37,135 nt of DNA from Campylobacterota bacterium. GTDB lineage: Bacteria; Campylobacterota; Campylobacteria; Campylobacterales; Sulfurovaceae. The translations under genes were made by a program, and so were the position numbers. Where the stretch lies: assembly GCA_034722955.1 (NCBI GenBank), contig JAYEOM010000001.1, positions 1,752 to 38,886 on the forward strand. The letters are read 5' to 3'. A model generated the notes under the pieces. It saw only the letters and a list, made by a program, of their open reading frames with translations, was not told where the DNA came from and ran no database searches. Below, in pieces: positions 28,260 through 37,135 of this stretch (positions are counted from its first letter, which is position 1; the number at the start of each line of letters is the position of its first letter).

Positions 28260-28565
28260 TTATGCGATTGAAGTAATTTTTACTCTTGTGAAGTCTCTTC
28301 TAAAGCCTCTTTTGAGTTTTGAATCTTTTCTTCTTCTTTTTTTATAGATGATCACCTTCTTGTCTCTACCTTCGTTGATCACCTCACCTTTGACAACTGC
28401 ACCCTCTACAAAAGGAGTACCTACTGTCAACTCACCGTTATCAAGTGCAAGAACCTCTTTGAACTCTACGGCACTTTTTGGTTCAAGGTCCATCTTGTCA
28501 AAAGCGATGATATCACCCTCTTGTACTTTGAACTGTTGACCGCTTGCTTTAATGATTGCGTACAT
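28260..28565 (-). CDS. rplU: 50S ribosomal protein L21
   Basis: [14 protein letters not shown]...[15 protein letters not shown]; adjacent to rpmA. Confidence 0.97.
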   Translation of the reverse strand: MYAIIKASGQQFKVQEGDIIAFDKMDLEPKSAVEFKEVLALDNGELTVGTPFVEGAVVKGEVINEGRDKKVIIYKKRRRKDSKLKRGFRRDFTRVKITSIA

Positions 28566-28608
28566 TGCAAACCCTTTACTCTATAATGTTTTTTTAAAAA
28601 AGTTTGTG

Positions 28609-28614
28609 ATTATA
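28609..28614 (-). promoter_or_regulatory. -10 box (gggTATAAT) for rplU-rpmA
   Basis: attataccc on the + strand, same context as the gmd promoter. Confidence 0.6.
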
Positions 28615-28642
28615 CCCAAACAATGTTTAATACTTTTTTAAA

Positions 28643-29035
28643 CTACCCAAAATCAACATGTGCATTTGCAATAGCTATACAGTCTATCTCAATCTTGACA
28701 CCTTTGGGTAGACTCCGTACTGCTACAGTACATCGTGCAGGTTTATGATCTTTGAAGTGATAAGCGTAGATCTCATTCATAGCATCAAAGTCACGCATAT
28801 CTTCGAGATATATATTTGTCTTGATCACATCAGTAAACTCAGAACCTGCTGCTTCTAGAACATAGTAGAGGTTTTTCATCACTTGATGCATCTGCTTCTC
28901 TACACTCTCGTCTGCCAACTCTCCATTGGGCAGAAGCCCGATCTGACCTGATGTATAGACCAAGCCACCTGCTACTACTGCTTGTGAATATGATCCTATA
29001 GCTGCCGGGGCATCATCTGTTGATATAAATTTCAC
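28643..29035 (-). CDS. ridA: RidA/YjgF family reactive-intermediate deaminase
   Basis: APAAIGSYSQA, TSGQI, KPAR (catalytic Arg), LPKGVKIEID; GTG start with AAGGAG RBS. Confidence 0.9.
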   Translation of the reverse strand: MKFISTDDAPAAIGSYSQAVVAGGLVYTSGQIGLLPNGELADESVEKQMHQVMKNLYYVLEAAGSEFTDVIKTNIYLEDMRDFDAMNEIYAYHFKDHKPARCTVAVRSLPKGVKIEIDCIAIANAHVDFG

Positions 29036-29044
29036 TGTTTCTCC

Positions 29045-29383
29045 TTATCTGTTTTCATAAAATACATAGCTAGTTGAGTAGTCTGAGAATTCAAAATAGG
29101 TCTTCTTCTCTCCCTCGTCAACTTTGAAGTTGTAGTTCTTATCATCTATGCCATATCCATACCGGTATGGTCTTATAGAGTTATCATTGGAGCCATATGC
29201 GGTAGAGAGCTTATCTATCAGGATAAAACGCTTTACTAGTTTTTCACCTGCATAAACATCGAGAACACCATCTGTTCCTGTCCAATTCTGCAGTGAACGA
29301 CTGAGAGAGTTTTGTGTCTCTTGCGTACAACCTGTCAAAAGCAACAGTGCAGCAGCACTAAGAGTTACTAATTTTAATTTCAT
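29045..29383 (-). CDS. Lipoprotein, hypothetical
   Basis: Lipobox LLTGC; own extended -10 (TGcTAAAAT at 29413-29421) and AAGG RBS. Confidence 0.75.
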   Translation of the reverse strand: MKLKLVTLSAAALLLLTGCTQETQNSLSRSLQNWTGTDGVLDVYAGEKLVKRFILIDKLSTAYGSNDNSIRPYRYGYGIDDKNYNFKVDEGEKKTYFEFSDYSTSYVFYENR

Positions 29384-29427
29384 TATATTTACCTTTTATA
29401 TGTAATAAACATATTTTAGCATATTAT

Positions 29428-30105
29428 TTATGCTTTTGGCATAGCAAATTTTTGCGTGATCAACTCACCGTCATCATTGAAGTAGAGATAATAGAGCCTA
29501 TCCTTAGCCACAGACAATCCGACCAGATAACGGAGTGCCAGATTGGCTTGCAGAGAGCCGATATGCATAACTATAGGTGCAGTGATTCCTCCCGGCTTGT
29601 GATCTGAGATATTGAAAACTTGGAAATTAGCCTCATCAAAAAAACAGACTTGCCCATTGAACTCCTCTACACTAGCGTAGATCCATGGTGCTTTGATCTT
29701 TTTTGCATAGTTGTCGATCTCTGCTCTGACAGCGAGGTTGTCTGTCGCATCAAGCAGTAGATCATAGTGGTGATCCAGCTCTGAAAAAGTCGCAAAATCC
29801 ATATCAAAAGCCATCACCTTCACGAAAGGGTTTTTAGATCTTATGACTGATGCCACCACCTCTGCTTTACTCTTGCCTTGATCAGCTATCTCAAATGCGA
29901 TCTGTCTATGTATATTGCTCAGAGAGACACGATCAAAATCCACGATATCTATCTCACCGATACCGCTACTGCCCAGTGCGAGTGCTAGTGTACTCCCCAA
30001 ACCGCCACAACCTATGATGGCTATCTTTTTTGATTGTAGACTCTCTTGTCTATCTATACCCCAAAGTTGAATTTGACGATTGAAATAATCTTCATATTTC
30101 ATCAC
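29428..30105 (-). CDS. HesA/MoeB/ThiF family adenylyltransferase
   Basis: YFNRQI, IIGCGGLG, DFDRVSLSNIHRQ, DATDN. Confidence 0.88.
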   Translation of the reverse strand: MMKYEDYFNRQIQLWGIDRQESLQSKKIAIIGCGGLGSTLALALGSSGIGEIDIVDFDRVSLSNIHRQIAFEIADQGKSKAEVVASVIRSKNPFVKVMAFDMDFATFSELDHHYDLLLDATDNLAVRAEIDNYAKKIKAPWIYASVEEFNGQVCFFDEANFQVFNISDHKPGGITAPIVMHIGSLQANLALRYLVGLSVAKDRLYYLYFNDDGELITQKFAMPKA

Positions 30106-30920
30106 TGCCCTCCACTAGATCGTATCTCTATCTCTTTCTCAAAACACCAACTCTTTCTATGGTCAGTCACCGCTTTTTTGCTGATAGTTTCGATCAACAT
30201 AGACTCTTTATCTTCCAAAACCATCTCAACTTCACCCTCTGGATTGACCAGCATACTATCACCATAAAACTTCCACTTCACCTCATCATCACGATACTCT
30301 CCTAGACGATTGGCACGAAGGATATAACATCCATGCAGAAATGCCTTGGTTTTGATGATCTCCCTCCAGCGGTTATGTGAGCCAAAAGTAGATGCAGTGG
30401 GCAGGAGTACTATATCAACTTTTTTATCTATAGCTATCTGCCAAAATGCATCAAAATGGAGTTCAAATCCACCCATAACCATCGCCCTAAAACCATCTAT
30501 CTTGAAGATCATAGGAGACTTTAGTGGCTCTATGGGGTTGGCAAAAAACTTCTTCTCATTCCAGTGTGAATATGGCAACAAAATCTGCTGCTCATAATAG
30601 CTGACTCTTTTGGGTGTAACTTTTGCGATCACTTTATAGTAGATATTTTTCTTGATCTGAACAATAGGTACTATAAAAACAATATCATATCTCCGTGAGA
30701 GTGACTTCAATAGCTCAAGATGTTTTGCACTCTGCTCTTTGACCATGCTAGAAGGCATCTTTATCAACTCTTTAAAGAAGTGATTGACTACATACTCTCC
30801 CATCAACATCACTCTCACACCTCTCTGGTGAGCATTTTTGAGATAGAACTCCAATCTAGTAGCATTCATCCCTAGTGTCGGAAGCTGTAGTGCACCGACT
30901 ACCAGCTCTCTGTTTTTCAT
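30102..30920 (-). CDS. Carbon-nitrogen hydrolase (nitrilase-fold) family protein with atypical active site
   Basis: ALQL, GEY, LLPTA, RANRLG, FYGDSMLVNPEG; adjacent to xseB. Confidence 0.8.
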   Translation of the reverse strand: MKNRELVVGALQLPTLGMNATRLEFYLKNAHQRGVRVMLMGEYVVNHFFKELIKMPSSMVKEQSAKHLELLKSLSRRYDIVFIVPIVQIKKNIYYKVIAKVTPKRVSYYEQQILLPYSHWNEKKFFANPIEPLKSPMIFKIDGFRAMVMGGFELHFDAFWQIAIDKKVDIVLLPTASTFGSHNRWREIIKTKAFLHGCYILRANRLGEYRDDEVKWKFYGDSMLVNPEGEVEMVLEDKESMLIETISKKAVTDHRKSWCFEKEIEIRSSGGQ

Positions 30921-31120
30921 CGGTCTGTTCCTATCATCTCTTTGTCGATCACTTCGATCTTCATCTTTGCCTCTTCGATCAACTTCTGTGCCTCTTTGAT
31001 ATTTTTCAAACCCTCTTCATAGAGTTTGACACTCTCTTCAAGTGTAATATCCTGATCCATTAACTTATCTAAAAGCTCTTTAGAGTATGCGAGTTTCTCT
31101 TCAAAAGTTTTCGTTCTCAT
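30917..31120 (-). CDS. xseB: Exodeoxyribonuclease VII small subunit
   Basis: TFEEKL...LEESVKLYEEG...A pattern, 67 aa. Confidence 0.9.
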   Translation of the reverse strand: MRTKTFEEKLAYSKELLDKLMDQDITLEESVKLYEEGLKNIKEAQKLIEEAKMKIEVIDKEMIGTDR

Positions 31121-32223
31121 TGCAATCCTTCTAATATCTCTCTGATTAAATAATCGAACTTCTCAAGCTCAACCAAAAAAGCATCATGGCCATAATCACT
31201 CTCTACCTCGGTATAGCTGCATAGTTGACCATTGCGTTGCATCATTTTATAGATATGCTCCATCTCATCGGGGAAAAACAGATAGTCACTTGAAAAACTG
31301 ATCAAGTGAGTATTGGCTTTGATACGCAATATGGCTTCATAGAGTGAGTCATACCCTCTTGCTAAGTTGAAAGTATTGATAGCTTTCACGATATAGAGAT
31401 AGCTCAATGGATCAAAGTTTTGACTGAAATTATTGGTGTTGTACTCCATATATCGCTCCACTTCGTATCGTCCAAAGAGTTCAAAGAGACCATCATTATT
31501 GACATAGTTTCTGCCAAATTTTTGATCCATTGAGTCTGGACTCAGATAGGAGATGTGACCTGCGATGCGTCCGATAGCCAACCCATCGAGACCATCATCT
31601 CTAAAGGCATCTACCCTGTAGTTTCCACCCTCAAAACGAGGATCTCTTCGTATCGCTTCAATCGCCACTTTATTAAATCCGATCGTCCAAGGACGAGTGG
31701 CATATGTAGCTGCCAATGCTATAATATCATCTGCTAAATTAGGGTAATCCACCGCAAACTGAAGTGCCTGCATCCCACCCATAGATCCGCCGATGATCGC
31801 ACGAAGATGATATATACCCAGATCTGAGAGCAGTTGCATCTGGGCATGTACCATATCTTTGATCGTCACAACAGGAAATCTCAGACGATAACGAGCCTCA
31901 GATGGGTAGCTCTCACTCATGGGACCGGTAGTACCAAAACAGCTGCCTATGACATTGGTAGATATGACAAAAAACTTATCTGTATCGATCGCTTTATCCT
32001 CACCGATCAATCCATCCCACCAGCCAGGTTTTCTATCATTCTCATAGAGACCAGCGGCATGATGTGAACCACTGAGTGCATGACAAACCAGTATCACATT
32101 GCTCCTCTCCTCATTGAGCTCTCCATAAGTCTCATAGATGATCTCATATGGCTCAAGGATACGACCACTCTCCAGATAGAGAGGGCTGCTGAAGTGTTGG
32201 GTTTTGGTTTCTACTTTCATCAA
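31117..32223 (-). CDS. metX: Homoserine O-acetyltransferase
   Basis: CHALSGSHH, GWWDGLIG, GGSMGG nucleophile, GHDAFL. Confidence 0.94.
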   Translation of the reverse strand: MMKVETKTQHFSSPLYLESGRILEPYEIIYETYGELNEERSNVILVCHALSGSHHAAGLYENDRKPGWWDGLIGEDKAIDTDKFFVISTNVIGSCFGTTGPMSESYPSEARYRLRFPVVTIKDMVHAQMQLLSDLGIYHLRAIIGGSMGGMQALQFAVDYPNLADDIIALAATYATRPWTIGFNKVAIEAIRRDPRFEGGNYRVDAFRDDGLDGLAIGRIAGHISYLSPDSMDQKFGRNYVNNDGLFELFGRYEVERYMEYNTNNFSQNFDPLSYLYIVKAINTFNLARGYDSLYEAILRIKANTHLISFSSDYLFFPDEMEHIYKMMQRNGQLCSYTEVESDYGHDAFLVELEKFDYLIREILEGLQ

Positions 32224-32228
32224 ATTCT

Positions 32229-33491
32229 TTATTGATCCAGTGCCTGCTGCAGATCAGCGATAAGATCACTACTATCCTCAAGTCCCACACTGAGCCTTAC
32301 CAATCCACCGGGTACTCCGGCATCTATCAGCTCTTGGGTGCTGAGTTGCTGGTGTGTTGTACTTGCAGGGTGCGTGATGATAGATTTGCTATCGCCAATG
32401 TTGACAACCAATTTAAAGAGCTCTGTTCCATTGGCGATCTTTTTGGCTTCATCTGTATCTTCCACTTCAAAACTGAGCAGTCCGCTATAGCCATCTTTTA
32501 GATATTTTTGTGCCAACTTATAGTTCTTGTCGCTAGCCAAACCTGGATAGTTAACCTTTTTAACCTTTGGATGACTCTCTAGGTACTCCGCTATAGCCAG
32601 TGCAGAGCTTGAGTGTTGTCTCATACGAAGAGGCAGTGTCTCAAGCCCCTGAATATATAGCCAAGAGTTGAAAGGACTCGGTGCAGCACCCAAATCACGC
32701 AAAAGTGCCAATCTAACCCTGAGTGTAAAGAGCGGTAGAGGGAGATCAGAGTAGACTAAACCATGGTAACTCTCATCTGGTTCATTGAAGTGTGAATATC
32801 TGCTGTTTCCTTTGATCTTTTCAACTAAACCTTCCCTCTCTACGATGATACCCCCGATCGCCAAACCTTGACCAGTGGTATATTTACTAGCTGAGTGAAC
32901 TGTCAAGTCGCAACCCAAAGAGAGTGGCTTGCATAGCATAGGAGTAGCTACTGTATTGTCTACGCAGGTCAACACCTCATGCTTGTCGGCTATCTCTACT
33001 ATAGCTTCAAAATCAGGCACATCGATACTAGGATTTGTGATACTCTCAAAAAGGATCAATCTACTCTTCTCATCGATCAGATTCTCCAGCTGAGATGGGT
33101 TATTGACATCAAAGTATCTCGTCTCAATACCAAATCTCTTGATCGTATGCCCTGTCAATGTCGTAGTTCCCCCATAGACCTGTTTGGCTACTATGATATT
33201 GTCTCCAGCCTCTGCGACATTTGCGATGGCATAAAAGATAGCAGCCATTCCACTAGCTGTACCTACTCCTGCCACACCACCCTCAAGTGCTGCAAATCTC
33301 TTCTCAAATACATCTGTAGTAGGGTTCATCAAGCGAGTATAGATATTGCCCAACTCTTTGAGGGCAAATAGATTTGCAGCATGGTCAGCATCTCTAAACT
33401 CATAAGCGGTTGTCTGGTAGATAGGCACTGCCATTGTCCCCTGTGCATCTTTGTCATATCCTGCGTGTATCGCTAAAGTTTGATCATTCAT
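32229..33491 (-). CDS. metY: O-acetylhomoserine aminocarboxypropyltransferase (sulfhydrylase)
   Basis: PIYQTT, GNIYTRLMNPT, DNT, HSASKY (PLP Lys), HPASTTHQQL, RLSVGLE. Confidence 0.93.
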   Translation of the reverse strand: MNDQTLAIHAGYDKDAQGTMAVPIYQTTAYEFRDADHAANLFALKELGNIYTRLMNPTTDVFEKRFAALEGGVAGVGTASGMAAIFYAIANVAEAGDNIIVAKQVYGGTTTLTGHTIKRFGIETRYFDVNNPSQLENLIDEKSRLILFESITNPSIDVPDFEAIVEIADKHEVLTCVDNTVATPMLCKPLSLGCDLTVHSASKYTTGQGLAIGGIIVEREGLVEKIKGNSRYSHFNEPDESYHGLVYSDLPLPLFTLRVRLALLRDLGAAPSPFNSWLYIQGLETLPLRMRQHSSSALAIAEYLESHPKVKKVNYPGLASDKNYKLAQKYLKDGYSGLLSFEVEDTDEAKKIANGTELFKLVVNIGDSKSIITHPASTTHQQLSTQELIDAGVPGGLVRLSVGLEDSSDLIADLQQALDQ

Positions 33492-33504
33492 ATTCTATCC
33501 TTTA

Positions 33505-33942
33505 TTATTGTCTATCGACACCCAGTATACATGACTCATCAAAGGTGTCACCCTCTACATCTCTATACTCTCCACCCAAAAAATAGAGACATATTTGTGA
33601 GCTGACACTAGAGAGACACTCTATCATCTCTACCTGCTTATTGTTTGACTCAAGCTCAATGACACTGCAATTATAGAAACCATAACTTGAACAATCGACA
33701 TGCTCATTTATCGAGAGAACCTGTCCCCTAGTTCCATTTATGTCACTGCTCAAACCATCCAATATCTCAGTCATACGGTCAGCGTAGCAAAACTCTTCTG
33801 GTATAGAGGGAAAGATCAACACTATATCCTTATCCTCAATCTCGGCAGGTGTAGCAATATCTGCTACTCTCTCCTTGCCACACCCCACAAATAGAGATAG
33901 CAGCAGGGGAAGCGTCCATAAAAACTTTTTCACAATATTCAC
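33505..33942 (-). CDS. Cys-rich acidic lipoprotein, hypothetical
   Basis: Lipobox FVGC followed by six further Cys; fills the guaB-metY gap with 7- and 13-bp spacers; GTG start. Confidence 0.7.
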   Translation of the reverse strand: MNIVKKFLWTLPLLLSLFVGCGKERVADIATPAEIEDKDIVLIFPSIPEEFCYADRMTEILDGLSSDINGTRGQVLSINEHVDCSSYGFYNCSVIELESNNKQVEMIECLSSVSSQICLYFLGGEYRDVEGDTFDESCILGVDRQ

Positions 33943-33949
33943 CTATCCT

Positions 33950-36749
<2,800 letters not shown>

Positions 36750-36787
36750 TATAGTTTCCTCATGCATAATTCGGGTTAAATGGTGTG

Positions 36788-36793
36788 ATTATA
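36788..36793 (-). promoter_or_regulatory. -10 box (agaTATAAT) for the gatA-guaB operon
   Basis: attata on the + strand about 40 bp upstream of the gatA start. Confidence 0.55.
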
Positions 36794-37045
36794 TCTAAAA
36801 GTAGGTTTAGGCACTATTATTAGCCAAGTATTACCCCACCAACTATCAAAACAGATTATACTATCATTTACAGATAGAAGAAAACCATCAAAGATCAAAT
36901 ATAGTTTCGGACTTTAAGCCATATTTTTAATAGATTATTTAAGTATCTATTAACTTATTTTAGATATTCTTTGCATAGGTACAAATTGTATTTTGCAAAA
37001 GGATAAATCATATGAAAAAGTTTGCTATAGAGGCTTGGCCTCCAA

Positions 37046-37135
37046 CTATTTAAAACTTGTGCTATCATCAAATGGGGTTTGATACTCTTCTTTGTTGGGT
37101 TTTCTAATATTTTTCAATTTTGAAGTATCAATTAT
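37046..37135 (-). CDS. Possible 3' end of a gene entering from beyond the window (…IIDTSKLKNIRKPNKEEYQTPFDDSTSFK*)
   Basis: Frame is open from the window edge to a TAG at 37046-37048 despite AT-rich sequence; too short to identify. Confidence 0.35.
   Translation of the reverse strand: MIDTSKLKNIRKPNKEEYQTPFDDSTSFK

Noticed and set aside
33492..33504. Possible SAM riboswitch or leader upstream of metY
   Set aside because: The gap is only 13 bp and the upstream sequence is a credible lipoprotein CDS; no riboswitch motif was recognised.
36794..36954. AT-rich intergenic stretch considered as an ncRNA, tRNA or origin
   Set aside because: No cloverleaf, stable GC stem or clustered DnaA boxes were recognised; it is consistent with a divergent promoter region.

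Overview
Chromosomal window most consistent with a Campylobacterota (Sulfurovum/Sulfurimonas-like) bacterium, judged from the housekeeping protein sequences, gene order and TATAAT-only promoters; this is an inference, not a database result. Left ~24 kb: a surface-glycan locus. It holds an ABC-transporter-dependent polysaccharide operon (manC-wzm-wzt, an FkbM methyltransferase/coiled-coil/GT4 fusion, a stand-alone coiled-coil protein, a 1791-aa multi-domain WbdA-like GT4 and a DUF2079-like GT-C). Upstream of it is a gmd-led unit carrying a GT-C/GT2/GT4/flippase-like cassette. Divergent from gmd are a secreted FG-GAP + DUF4214 surface protein and another GT4, and an SGNH/DltD-like protein sits at the left edge. 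A duplicated 52-bp REP-like element marks the boundary. Right ~13 kb: housekeeping genes (pyk, proB, obgE, rpmA, rplU, RidA family, ThiF family, C-N hydrolase family, xseB, metX, metY, guaB, gatA) interrupted by three small lipoprotein genes, ending in a possibly disrupted gene start at the right edge. No rRNA, tRNA or CRISPR array was recognised. The best candidate for a novel system is a methyl-capped mannan/rhamnan-type glycan with a reshuffled polymerase/terminator/ruler set, encoded back-to-back with a putative glycan-anchored DUF4214 beta-propeller protein.
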